64,000 nucleotides of DNA from Perkinsela sp. CCAP 1560/9 (taxonomy: Eukaryota; Protista; Euglenozoa: Kinetoplastea), in assembly GCA_965644495.1 (NCBI GenBank), contig CBFFSA010000031.1, forward strand, positions 1-64,000. The letters are read 5' to 3'. Positions 31,988 to 44,046 of this stretch are shown here, one piece after another. How positions within the stretch are numbered: the first letter of the stretch is position 1; every line of letters begins with the position of its first letter. Position numbers and translations under genes: made by a program. The notes below the pieces were generated by a model. The model searched no databases, was not told where the DNA came from, and was given only the letters and a program-made list of their open reading frames with translations.

Positions 31988-34900
31988 TCAGAGTCTGAGG
32001 CCTCCTAGCCACTTTTCGCCCTTGATGTGATTTCGCAGCTGCGACACGATTGTGTATGCTGCGAACTTTTCGTTTTCCAATTGGAAGGCTTCCCGTATCA
32101 CTTTGGGGTCTAAGTCAGCGCGTTTCGAGAGGGCTTTAATCAGCTCCTTCGTATTTTCGTGCAGCATTCCACAATCAGTTAGCGCTATGCATCGAAAATA
32201 GTTTGGATCCACTCCTTTCTCCACTATGTATTTTCGATGTTTTCTTTCTATGGAACTCTCTAGAAGGGCTGTGCTGGACTGTTTCTGGTAGCTGCTGCAG
32301 AGTGTGTGTACGACTGTGACATCGTAGAGGACTTCTCCAATATCTGGCCACATTATGGCCAGATCGGGGCCCGAACGTATACGACGAGCTCTGCATGGGT
32401 GTCTCTCCGCTGCTTCTGGTGAAATAGAGCACTTACACTTCGTGCAAAAGAACGATGAATACAGACGCGGTTCCACCGCACATGGGAGTCCAGCTTTTCC
32501 ACATAGATTTGAAAGGTATCGAACAATGTGTGAGTGTTTTCTCGTACAGTTCATCCCAGCACATTTCGAGCAACCTGCAACGTGTGGAAATATTCCGGAG
32601 GGCGATTCACTGACCCCGCATCCAGGACAGGAGATATTACTCGAAGAAGGGAGACTGACGGCCAGCCTCATCTTGAGCGTTTGCTGGAAGAGGTACGGGT
32701 TTACGTAGTTGTTGGTCGAGAGGAGATGAAAATTTGCTTCCTTCGAGCGCTTCATAACTCCACTGAAACGTGGTTTTGTTTTCAGCTCTGCCGCAAGTTT
32801 TTCGTGCTCGTCGTTGACTAGTTTCTTCAGTGCCGTGCGTACTCCTTGTGTCCCTGTGGTCTTGTTGCCTTTTTGTTGCTTCTCAGAGTTTTCTATCGGA
32901 GCTTCATATGGGTTGAAATGCTCATCAATAGATTGACGGGAAGCTTCAAAAAGATAGCGATGTTTCAGAACTGTGGAGGTTATTCCCAATCCTCCCATTT
33001 TGCACGGCAAAGAGGCAAGTGCTAAGGCATCTTCGTCAGCATCGCACCACTTTCTTAAGACTTTTTGGATCTCTTTGTCAAAAGTCTGAGCTAGAAGGAA
33101 TGATGCGCCCGGTTTATGTACTCGCAGGTGATAATCGTGGCGCGGTATCGTGCAACGCTTTAAAATTGCGAGGGAAAGATTACTTGGCCCCATGCGGCTG
33201 AGTCTTCGAAACAGACAGTTATGCTTCTCCAATTTTTCGAGAAGTTTGCGTTCTACGGCTTTGTTGTTGCCTAGGTATCCTCCGAGCACTTTGATTGTAT
33301 CTACGCAGTCTTGAACCCCAAGTTCCCGAAGAGAGGAATCTTTGATGTGTAATGCCCTGGATCCTTGAAAGATTTCGCATTTGCGGTAGTTTATTTCTAA
33401 GTTCAGATCGCTCGTAAGCTCTTTGAAATGCAAGAATGCAACCTCGAGAGATGCCTCGTTTTTAGAACTCATCGTTACATCATCCTGGTACGCGCGTACG
33501 GTGACCTCGGGGTAAGCATCAGCTACTTCTTTCAAAGCTCCATGCAACACAGCGCAGAAATAAAGCGATGACAGCGCGGATCCTTGCCAAACCCCAGAGG
33601 AGCTCTCTATGACTGAATGCAGCGAGTTGTTAGCAAAGAAGAGAAGTTCGGTTGGCTGGCCATATTCTAAATAAAAAATCCGCATGAAATGTTTGAAGAT
33701 GGGATATTGAGTTAGAGCTCTTTCTATTGCTGTTCGATGAGGTGTATTATACGCGTTTTTGAAGTCAATGGTGAGCACCGTATTTCCAGCTTCATACTCA
33801 GAAAGTAACTCGTGTACAATTGATTCACAGGCATTCTTCTGCAAGATCCCTCGCTGGATAGGTTGGAAGAGCGATTTTAGCGCAGCCTCATGACGCTGAA
33901 GAAGAATTGTGCCACATATTTTAATTATGGTATCCCCCATCGCTACAGGTCTTACGCCGTTGTTCGGTTTGGCTAGAGCAATGATTCTGCAACGAGTCAG
34001 ACGTTTGCGTACACTGTGAGCGATTTCCCCGTTGATTACGTCGCGGAACATATGACACAAGGCGAGTCATGATTCTTCGTCTTCTGCTAAGAGCCGCATC
34101 ATACATTCGCTAAAACCAGTGGGTCCGGGAGATGCTCCTCGGGATAATTTTGCTGTCGCTAGGCGCAATTCGGAGCATTCGACCACTGCAATTCTCGGTA
34201 GCTCTTGGTCCGTCCCTTGAGGTGAGGGTCCGTTTGGGTGAAGTGATTTTAGTGCCTGAGCTTTTTCTTCTGCCGTGAGAGGTGAATCTCGATACACGTT
34301 GTCTAGTATTCGCGTTGCTTTGCTTAGATTTCCTGCTCGTCCCGCTTGCAAAGCGTTGCTAATAGAACGGCGGTCGGGTAGGGGGGACCTTCGATGAAGC
34401 TTCATCGAAAGTGTACAACTTTCGATGAAGCACATTGAAAGTTGTACACTTTCGATGAATCTTCATCGAAGGTGTTTTTGACTTTTTTTTTTTCAAATCT
34501 TCACGCAAACGTTTTTCGCGGATCCATATAGACATTTTGACTTTTTTGGTGCTCCATCGAAGTGTTTTGTGAAGGCTCGTAGAGGAATTTCACCGTTTCT
34601 TCAGTTTATCTTCATCGAAGCGTTTTTGACTGATCCATATACATATTTTGAGCGACAATCCTGCGGAAGGGGTAAACACAGGATTTTCGTTGAGTACTCA
34701 ACGAAGTGCCGGATTTTCGTTGAGTACTCAACGAACGGAAATTCACGGTGGAAATCAAGGACTTTTGCATAAGTCAAGGACTTTTGTGGAACATCCAAGA
34801 ATTTTTTTTTGATTTTCATTTTCCGTGCGTTCAGTATCCTACACTTCGCTATATACGTTGACAACGCCTGCGTAGCGAAAACTACGAAATTCAGTGAGCT

Positions 34901-36513
34901 TCGCAAATTGCTTCCCACTAACGACGCACAGGGGAACCCTACGCGGGGTACGGCTCAGGCCCGCTCACGCGGGCCCTCGCCGTTTCGCGGCCGCGCGCAC
35001 CCCCGCTCACGCGGGGGCCCCCGCGCGGCCAAAATGGGTACTAAAATTTGTTATCAAGGTAGTTGGGCTTCGCAAATTGCTTCCCACGAATGGATACTAA
35101 AATTTGTTATCAAGGTAGTTGGTCAAGATTATCAAGATTATCAAGTAGTTATCAGTTAGGCCTTTCTTCCTCCTCCCTCTAAGGTCCTGCAGATTTTTTA
35201 CGGTCACAGGGTACGTTCGTTGAGAAATCAACGAACGTACCCCCAAGCCAAAATGTGAAAGAAAACGGAAAGTCAGAATTCAGACAAAAAAACAAAAAAT
35301 TATTGAATTTAAAATGAAATTATATGTTTCATGCAACGTGTTTTCAACAGCCAATGGAAAAATTCGTTCAAAAACAAAAAGTTAAAAAAGTCAAAAAAAG
35401 TCAAAAACACCTTCGATGAAGATTCATCGAAAGTGTACAACTTTCGATGTGCTTCATCGAAAGTGTACAACTTTCGATGAAGATTCATCGAAGGTCCCCC
35501 CTAGCCCGGCGGTCCATGTCTAATTCTAAGCGGTCATGCTCGCTCAGTTTTGAGTCATCTTCCTCCATCCAGTTCTTGCGGGATTTTCTAACTGAGCTCT
35601 GACGTCGGATTAAGTTCTGATGTACTGTTGCTAAAGAATCCCTGGGAGAATTTAAAAGTTTGTGCCAGATAGCGGATTTCTCTGATTCTGTCTTGGCTTT
35701 CGGATAAGCACCAATAATCGAGCGAAAAATTGCAACAACGTGTACTGAGAACGAAGAATCAATTAGCGAAAATCTGGGGAGGGGATCTAGGTCGCACCCA
35801 TCGTCCGCTGTCTCAAAGCTTTCATTCAGGTCTGAGTTCTTCTCTTCTACGGATTCAACGGAGGGAGTCTTGATTTTGTTAATCTTCACTTCGTTAATCG
35901 ACCAAATTTTGATCTTCGCGGATTGCGGAAGGTGAAGAAGACCAGCGGGTCCTTCGCTACCCTCTTTAGGTTTGTATGCAATCGTGAGCTTCACTAAACC
36001 TCGACGCACCGTTCTCTTGGACACCGCACCTTCACTGGTATATGTCTCTTTCTCATTGAATCCCCATCGTATTTCGCACGTGCTACCCTTTCCCCAGTCC
36101 TTTATGATGTCGAGAACGCGATCCGGCGCCTTGGGAAACCTTCCGCTCGTTGCTAGCTGGTCACCGTCCGTGGACATCGTATCTGAGGTATCGCTGCCAA
36201 AGCTGTCTCGTGAATCGGCATCTGAGCTTACATTCGACGTGCAATCTATTGGAGACAAATATATTTCGGCATCATCGCGTGCTCTGGCCTTGATTCGTTC
36301 TCGAGGTGGAAAGTCGTACGCTCCATGGTCTGCCCATGATTTCGAAAGTTCCTTCTCACTCGTCACTATTCTGATTCGCGGAATCTTCTTGGGATTGGAT
36401 TGTAAGCTATTCTTCCGATCAGGGTGTGAAAAGTTCACCCCTGGGAGAGTGTTGCCGTGGGGGGTGGACATAATTGTAAGAGTAAGAAAACAACAAGCAA
36501 CAAGGTACAGAAA
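31988..36513 (-). mobile_element. CRE subfamily C element with SL remnant, interrupted by a MITE, nonsense codon at 34067
   Basis: ORF parts 35507-36471, 34067-34375 and 31988-34060. IDFKNAYN, YQDD, CPGC...HVAGC, RSGPDL...YDVTV. SL remnants at 36498-36513 and 36523-36537. Confidence 0.88.
34376..35506. mobile_element. MITE-like DNA transposon with about 120-bp palindromic TIRs and an 8-bp TSD
   Basis: Ends GGGTAGGGGGGACC and GGTCCCCCCTAGCC. TSD CGGCGGTC at 34368-34375 and 35507-35514. Removal restores the DMDRRSIS reading frame. Confidence 0.9.
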
Positions 36514-36779
36514 AGAAAAGAAAACAAGGTACAGAAAAGAAACTCGCGAAATGCAAAAGTTTTTGTTGAATTATAACGTTTTTTTTTTTTTTTTTTAAAG
36601 TAATAATTTATAATTCTCAGAAATCAAAATTTCCATTGTACAATTCTTTTCGTAAACTTTTAATAGATAAATAGATAATTTAAGTTTTCTGGTTTGTTGA
36701 TTTTTTTGTTGAAGCTTACGCGTCTTTGTAAGCTTATGTATTAAATATATAATTTTACTAAAGTATTAATCTGTTTGAC

Positions 36780-39700
36780 TCAAAAACCATAATTTTCTGT
36801 TCCATTCGACGCTAAGTATTTGCGGAGTTGCGAGTATACAGCAGCTCCGTTGAGGTCCTGTAATAGAAGTTTAAAGTCGGCCTCTACGGTTTTTCTATTT
36901 TGCACTGTTGCGTCGGCCAAAGCGTAGAGGAGATTTCTTGTTGTTGTGCTCAGTCCTCCGCTGGATAAAACTGGTAGGCACTGAAATGCTCCTGATGAAA
37001 TTAGTCCGCTTGCGACATAATGTCCATGTTTTCGTTCTGTGGCTTCCTTCATTAGTTTCGAGCAATTAGAGTTGATGTGCGACGGAGAAAGGTCATGGAC
37101 AACGGTAAGGTCGTAGAAAATTTCCCCGCTGGCCCAGTAAATCAAGAGATCAGGTCCTGATCGATGGAAAGTTCGTCCAGCACATGTTCTTTGATGAATG
37201 ACCTTGTTCTCGTAGTTAACATTTGCGTTGCATGCTTGACACGTCCACATGGTGAAGGCCCGAGGTTCGATCTCACATGGAATTCCAGCCCGAATACATA
37301 GGTCACCAATGTACTTGACAAGAGCGTTGTGTTTTACGGTTGCGTTGAGTCCGGAGCATCGGACACATCCAGGGATGTGGGTGAGGGCCGTGTTGCCGTC
37401 TAATATAATCTTGCACCCGGGGCAGGTGAGGTTTCGAGGTAATTTGGGATGGACAATTCCAAGTCGCGGCATGATCGTAAGTTCAAAGTTCCGTGGAGGT
37501 ACGAGTCTGGTGTTTGACATGAGCCAGTCGTTATTGCCTTTGTATGAGGTAACTTTGAGAATGGCGGCAAGCTTTGGTTCGTGCATGAGTTTTTCCCAAG
37601 TTTTATTGTGCAGCTTAACAGTTTCTGTTATATCGTCTTCGGGAGGTCGTAGTACCGTCATTTTTCTTTCGTGTATGAGATGTTCGGCTTGTGTCGTAGT
37701 CTTCTTCATTGTGTGAGCTCGAGCAGAAAAGGAATTTTGGCGCTCTTGAGCTGCATACTTTGAAGAAGTGTGTGCGGCTTCTCGTAGTGGATGCGTGGCG
37801 GTTAATCCTAGCCCTCCTTTCTTAACTGGCAATCGCGCGATTTCAACCTGTTGATTCTGTAAAGGTCCTAACCAATGTGTCAAAACCCCTTCAATTTCTT
37901 TGTCAAACTGCGATGTGAGAGCATCTGTGGTACTTGGGTGTTGAACTCTCATCAGATACTGCTGTCGTACATTAACACAACGCGTCAGTATATTAAGTGA
38001 GACGTTGCTGAGGCCCATTTTCTTAAGCCGTCGGAAGATGTCATCGTGTTTTTGCAACTTTTTGAGTAATTGTTCACTAATGGTTTCATCTTCTCCAACA
38101 TAAGCACCTAGGATCTTCGTAACAGTTGTCTCCTCTGCAAGACCGAGCGATGATAGTTTGGCGGGTATCGCATGTCGTGTTTGTCCTCCAAACCACACGC
38201 ACTTTTGCAGTGAGAAGTTCAATTGACGTTCCGACATTAAAGCTTGCAGTCGTATAAAGGCTTTTTCTAATTGGTCTGGATCCGTTGATACGAGCGTTAT
38301 GTCATCGATGAACGCAGAGATTTCAATGGTCGGGAACTCCATTGACAGCGTTTCCAATATCGGCTGCAAGAATGCGCAGAAATATAGAGTAGCCAATGGT
38401 GAACCTTGGCGTACCCCGGCAGTGCTAGAAACGATACCTTCCAATTTGCCTCCATGTCCGTAGTACAGCATTTCAGATGCCTCAGAATATTCCATAGCAA
38501 AGAAACGCTGAAAGGGGCGGAGGGTGCTCATTCCGAATACGTGTTTCGCTATGTCATCTCGACTGGGTGAATTGAATGCGTTCTTTATATCGACCGTTAA
38601 GATGCAATGTCCACTTGTGTATTTTTCATGTAGCTTGTGAACGATTTTTTCGCAGCCAGCTTTGGATAATATGCCTTACTGCATTGGCTCGAATAGACAT
38701 CCTAAGGTGGCTTCGTAGCGTTGCAGTAATGTAATCCCAGCTAGCTTTCCAAGAACTTCACCCATCGCGACTGGCCTGACGCCTCCATCCGGTTTCGGAA
38801 TTGCCACTAGACGAGCGCGATTAATTCGTGTTCGGACTTCTTTAGAGACAAATCCGTTTATCAAGTCCGCGATCATATGACACAAGTTTAGACAACACAC
38901 TTCATCGTCCAATAGGATTCGAATTATACCATCTGTTGTTCCCGTCGGACCGGGGCTAACGCCTTTCGCTAGTCTTCTGCCTGCTTCTCGAAGTTCATTA
39001 GTGGATATTCCCACAATAATGGGAGCGTCATTGGGGACTGTAAAAGTGCAGGCTTTCTGTGGATGAAGGAGCTCTAGTTTTCCTAACGTTTCTTGATTGG
39101 TCAAGGTGTTTGGTTTGAACTTTCTGTCCAGTACTTTCGCAGCCTTTGACACGCAGCCTTCAAGGACCAGTTTCGTCGCTCGCTTGATGGCGCGTGTGTC
39201 GTCAGTCGTGTTCGTATTTTCTGAACTCGTTTCATTCGTTTCCGGCAATGGTCTCCGTCGTCTTTGTCGCTCACTCATTTGTCGTACGTTCGCTAGTGAG
39301 AGTTTCATAGCTGACAGGATTCTATGCCATATCTGATTGCGCTGATCGTAGTTGCTGTCTCCGTAATCGCGTACTATGTTGCGGTATGTTGCCGTCACGC
39401 ACGGTATTATTTCAGGGGTGAGAGTGCGCGCTGTGGGTATGGGTTGAAAATCAGTATCTTCATCCGACCAAAATGTGTTTATTTCCCCCATTGGATGATG
39501 CAACATTTCGAGTTCACTGTTCTTCGGTTCAATGCCATCAATGGGAGGCGGAGCACGATGCCAGAGAATTTTATAGATTCTTACACTTTCTTGGCTCGGC
39601 AACGATCCAGAGAATTCTTCTCCAACTTGATGTCCGTGCACTCCGGTGTACTGTATGAACAATTTTCGAGTTCCTTTTCGAGAATACGTTCTTGTGACCT

Positions 39701-39975
39701 TTCCGAGCGCGATGTTCATTTCTTCCTGCCTGTCAAACGCCCACGCTACAGTACAGATCGTTCCTGTTTTTATGTCTTGTAGATGTCTTTGGATTTCATC
39801 TGGTGGAATCGGAAATTGAGAAACAGGGTCAGTCGTTGTCAGTATTTTGTTTATCTCTTCTGTGCTATAGCCGATGTTGTCTCCAACGTAGCTGATTCCT
39901 CGTGAATTTCCGTCATTCGACGTAATTGAAACATACGCATTGGAAATTTCTTGCGCTGTGGATGGAGTGTGGATC
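36780..39975 (-). pseudogene. Divergent CRE-B element, 5'-truncated, single nonsense codon at 38676
   Basis: ORFs 38676-39719 and 36780-38531 share a frame. GVRQGSPL, FIDD, RSGPDL. T19 tail at 36578. Confidence 0.88.
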
Positions 39976-39977
39976 GA

Positions 39978-42900
39978 TTATAACGTTATAACGCTTTAGA
40001 GCGTTGTTGTTTCTGAATTTAAAAGAGATACCTATTTACATTCAGAAATATTTAAATTCGTAAACAGGTATATTCATCAAATTTAGCATTTCAGAAACAC
40101 CAACAAAACAAAATCGTTGATTTTTTACATATAAAAAATCCTTTTATGAATAAAATATCTTTTTCATATGAATACGATCTCCATGCGAAGCGATCGAAAC
40201 ATGTTAGAACCCAATAAGTAAAACCTATAAATTTACGATTTTGTATGTTGGAGATAATACATCCTTACACTAAATGGTAAGATTTTCTTGATAAAGAAAC
40301 TCGCGAAATGCAAAAGTTTTTGTTGAATTATAACGTTATAACGCTTTAGAGCGTTGTTGTTTCTGAATTTAAAAGAGATACATGGCCATGCCTGTCGCTC
40401 TCGTTCCCATGGCGTGAGGGTTCATCTGCTATGTTTTTCTCGGAGCAAATCCAACGGACCTCCTTGAGATAACCAGGTAGGAAAAACACGTGGTATAACC
40501 GGCGTAGCCACTCCATAATTAGCGGGGGTCCTGCCTTCCATTTGGACAGCCATGCCACAACGTTCTTATTATCTGATATCAGTGTACAAGCCTTGATTTT
40601 TCTTTCCTTTACCAGTTTTAAGCCCATCTCTGCTGCGAATAGCTCCTTATATGCAATAGGCTTATCTCTGAGCCAGGCCGCAAAATTTCCAGAGCGATAC
40701 TGAAGACTTCCGCCCTGCAGCCATGCTAGTCCCCACCCCTTCTCGGAAGCATCACAATACAATTCAAAGGTACTGGTTTCTCCCCTCTCCAATTTTCTAG
40801 GGGTGTTTGCCTCCACTCTATCGATTAGCGTAATAAGGCTCGAGATGAATTTCTGGGACATCTGGCATGGTAAATCCCATAAGACTGGCTTAGCTGCCAA
40901 TCTGCGTGCTCTCCCCTTCAGCCAATACATCACAGTTGGAAATTCGCACTGAGTAATACCTAACACTCTAGTTGCCCAGAACAGGGTCCCCAACACTTTC
41001 CAGATTAGTCGGTGCGTCGGCAAGCGATGCTGTTGCGCTAGTAACTTGAATGCCTCGCGTAAGTGTTTTAATTTATCAATAAACTGAACCGGCAGTGAGA
41101 GTTTCTTTTCCTCTAGATTTACCTCAATGCCTAATACTGTGCCCTTACTGGTGGGCTTCGTGGTGACCGCAATTTCGGCGCCAACCTGCTTCGCACGTTG
41201 CAAAGTTTGGCTCAGGTCATCCTCTACATCCTCCTGGCTGGTTCCAAAACGGTAACAATTGTCAATAAAAGTCAGTGGATGTGAATTACTAACCGGAAGG
41301 TTGTGGATCAAGCTTGTAGCCGCATGACCAATTTTTACCGAAGAATGCCATCCCATGGGCAATGTGGCCCAACCATATGTCCTTCCCTTAATGCGAACGG
41401 CCAAGTAGGGCAGAACATCTTCTGGAAGCCCAAACTGATGGTACCAATTTCTTCCATCCGTCTCCCCGAAGAATTTGTTTTCCAGGACCGCCTTTTCAAT
41501 ATCCTGCAAGCTCGCTAACGTTAAAGGTCCTGGGACTATAGATTGTATCTCGTTGAGAGGAATCGCATTCAAGATCACACGCATGGTTTTCTTCTTCGGC
41601 TTGGGAATCAAAAATGCTGTCATCCATATTTTTGCGGTTCTCCGTGGGATTCTCTTTATTACCCCGGACCTCACCATCTCCTCCACGAAAGGTTCCAGCC
41701 TCTTCGATTCACCGCGATAACGAGGATCGTAATCCTTCCTCAACAAGCCCTTAAACTTATTCGCGTCCTGCACGAAACCGAATATTTTCTTTTCTTCTCT
41801 CACATCGCTTCCAGTTTTCAGTAGAAGTAGTTCTTCTACATTTACCCGTTTTACATCAATCGGATCGATTGGCCAGTTCTCTTTTCTGGGATGGTTTCTC
41901 TCTCCAAAAAACGTCCTGCGCATAAAACTCGCATAGGTATAGGATACAAAATCACAGAGTATCCTCCAAGGAGAGGTGCCGGCACCGACAGGTGCGGCGA
42001 CGCCAGCTCGCCCGTGGTGCTGAGCCGCGTTTAATGAGGACTCTTCCTGAGCCCTATTCCCATACCCGCGTGGCATGAGTAATCGCCCGGGTTCCTTCCC
42101 GGCGCCCTGAATCATGTCGTCCGATTTACCTTGTTTGGTATCCTCCATGTGGGACTTTTTCTTCCCCACAATATTTCTGCGTCTCAGGGGTCTTTTCTTC
42201 CCTTCTTTTGTCGCTTCCACGCCTATGCTCGTGCGATGGGAAACATTCTCACCTAAACTCTTAAATTTCTTGGGAAAATCATCCTTACCTGGGTAAATAG
42301 ATAGACTGGTCTCATCACGTGCTTTACCAGTACCATCTCCCGGAAATGTTTCACTAGGTGATTTTCCAGAATCGTCTCGAACAGAAACTCTAATAAGGCC
42401 CGTTCCATAATTTCCTTGGCTCGGTATGTGTCGAGAACGCCTACCTTGAATCCCTTTCCTACTGGAGCTGTTTCCTTTTGAGGGCTGAGTCTTACGCGAA
42501 AGCGGAGGCCGGACTTTAAGGTTATGCGACCTCGGTACGGTTTCTCTTTCCGAGGCGAGCTTCGTGCATTTTCTTTCGTAGAAAAGGGCCCGCGGGAGAG
42601 TTTGATCTTTCTCGAGGCGCCTTAATTCCATGTGCCCCCTTTTAAGCCCCCTTGGAGGTGGATTTTCCTGCGCGTATCTCCTTCGCACTCGAGCGCGCCG
42701 GCGGTTCTTCCCATCTCTCCTCGCGATGACGTTAGCCTCGTGAAACCTCATCATTTCACGCTGAGCCTGAAGATATTTCCCCTCGAGGGTATCAGCTCTA
42801 AGAGCCTCCTTCCAGTAGTCGCCAAATTTCCGACCCATTCTGTGTTTTATTCGCAAATAATGTATCACCTCCATAGATGGTTCAATCGAACGCATCGTGA

Positions 42901-43477
42901 TAAACAAACCCGCCCTCGCACGAGAACAGCAATCAGCTAGGTGAGCTGCAATGGTATCAAGCGCCAGATCTAGACTTACGATATCTCTCGATACTGATGA
43001 GGGATCTGCAGAGTGCCCGAAACACTTTCGCACCTCGTGCCTAAGCTTTCCAATAAGATTCTTTCTATAAAGATCACTGCAAAAATGTTCGAACTTCCAA
43101 TTTTGCGGCTTGAGGAGGATATCGGTCGACAGGTCGTGACAACTAGGGTCATAACTTCCGAATAACTTTTTTGGTGAGCTCACCCCTGAAACTCGCAATC
43201 CAACTCCTGAGATTTCTCCTTCACCATTAGTGTAGCACGCCATGGGCACGGGGGCTGACCCTCGGACGGTTCGATGAAAAGACGGTACTCTAGGAGTTTC
43301 GAGAACAGGACGATGTGTTGTTGTTTCTGAATTTAAAAGAGATACCTATTTACATTCAGAAATATTTAAATTCGTAAACAGGTATATTCATCAAATTTAG
43401 CATTTCAGAAACACCAACAAAACAAAATCGTTGATTTTTTACATATAAAAAATCCTTTTATGAATAAAATATCTTTT
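39978..43477 (-). mobile_element. DIRS/Ngaro-type element with direct terminal repeats and no recombinase ORF seen
   Basis: 43316-43477 matches 40003-40164, and 39978-40031 matches 40328-40381. Confidence 0.7.
40346..43249 (-). CDS. DIRS-type RT-RNase H polyprotein, 967 aa
   Basis: FLIPKPK...RVILN, TDGRNWYHQF, LPMGWHSS, FIDN, LYCDASEKGWG, ISDNKNV, NIADEPSR. Confidence 0.85.
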   Translation of the reverse strand: MPMACYTNGEGEISGVGLRVSGVSSPKKLFGSYDPSCHDLSTDILLKPQNWKFEHFCSDLYRKNLIGKLRHEVRKCFGHSADPSSVSRDIVSLDLALDTIAAHLADCCSRARAGLFITMRSIEPSMEVIHYLRIKHRMGRKFGDYWKEALRADTLEGKYLQAQREMMRFHEANVIARRDGKNRRRARVRRRYAQENPPPRGLKRGHMELRRLEKDQTLPRALFYERKCTKLASERETVPRSHNLKVRPPLSRKTQPSKGNSSSRKGIQGRRSRHIPSQGNYGTGLIRVSVRDDSGKSPSETFPGDGTGKARDETSLSIYPGKDDFPKKFKSLGENVSHRTSIGVEATKEGKKRPLRRRNIVGKKKSHMEDTKQGKSDDMIQGAGKEPGRLLMPRGYGNRAQEESSLNAAQHHGRAGVAAPVGAGTSPWRILCDFVSYTYASFMRRTFFGERNHPRKENWPIDPIDVKRVNVEELLLLKTGSDVREEKKIFGFVQDANKFKGLLRKDYDPRYRGESKRLEPFVEEMVRSGVIKRIPRRTAKIWMTAFLIPKPKKKTMRVILNAIPLNEIQSIVPGPLTLASLQDIEKAVLENKFFGETDGRNWYHQFGLPEDVLPYLAVRIKGRTYGWATLPMGWHSSVKIGHAATSLIHNLPVSNSHPLTFIDNCYRFGTSQEDVEDDLSQTLQRAKQVGAEIAVTTKPTSKGTVLGIEVNLEEKKLSLPVQFIDKLKHLREAFKLLAQQHRLPTHRLIWKVLGTLFWATRVLGITQCEFPTVMYWLKGRARRLAAKPVLWDLPCQMSQKFISSLITLIDRVEANTPRKLERGETSTFELYCDASEKGWGLAWLQGGSLQYRSGNFAAWLRDKPIAYKELFAAEMGLKLVKERKIKACTLISDNKNVVAWLSKWKAGPPLIMEWLRRLYHVFFLPGYLKEVRWICSEKNIADEPSRHGNESDRHGHVSLLNSETTTL

Positions 43478-43551
43478 TTTTTTTTTTTTTTTTTGCCATA
43501 TTCCAAATAAAAAATCCGCATGAAATGTTTGAAGATGGGATATTGAAAACT

Positions 43552-43646
43552 TCCGCGAAAAACGTTTGCGTGAAGATTTGAAAAAATAAAATAAAAAAGG
43601 TCAAAAACACCTTCGATGAAGCTTCATCGAAGGTCCCCACTACCCA
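43552..43646 (-). mobile_element. Solo end fragment of the MITE family
   Basis: Reverse complement of the 34376-34520 end (with an internal deletion), finishing ...GAAGGTCCCCACTACCC. Confidence 0.8.
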
Positions 43647-44046
43647 ACATCATCTGGTATTTTTATCTTATGTGCCGTCATTACTGTTTTTTTTGTGTTA
43701 TCTTGTGTGCTTTTGGCCCGATTTCCGGAGTAACTTCAAAGATTCAGCATTGTAGACTTCCTACCCAATGTTCTTGGGCCATATATATAAACTTTTACAA
43801 CTTGATAAAATTGATAACCATTGCACATACTCAGTTTCACTTTTTATCTATCTTTATCACCAATGTCTGTCCTAAGATGTTGCAACGTCTTGAGATTAAA
43901 ACCAAATCATCATCTGGCATTTTAGCTTATGTGCCGTCATCACTGTTTTTTTGTGTGTTATCTTGTGTGCTTTTGGCACGATTTCCGGAGCAACTTCAAA
44001 GATTCAGCATTGCAGACTTCCTACCCAATGTTCTTGGGCCATATAT
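43647..44046. repeat. Imperfect 140-bp direct repeat spanning the stop codon and 3'UTR of the CRE-C element
   Basis: About 43647-43786 resembles 43910-44046. Confidence 0.8.

Noticed and set aside
34381-35500. Palindromic repeats resembling a CRISPR array
   Set aside because: There are no unique spacers and no cas genes. The repeats form mirror-image TIRs of a TSD-flanked MITE.
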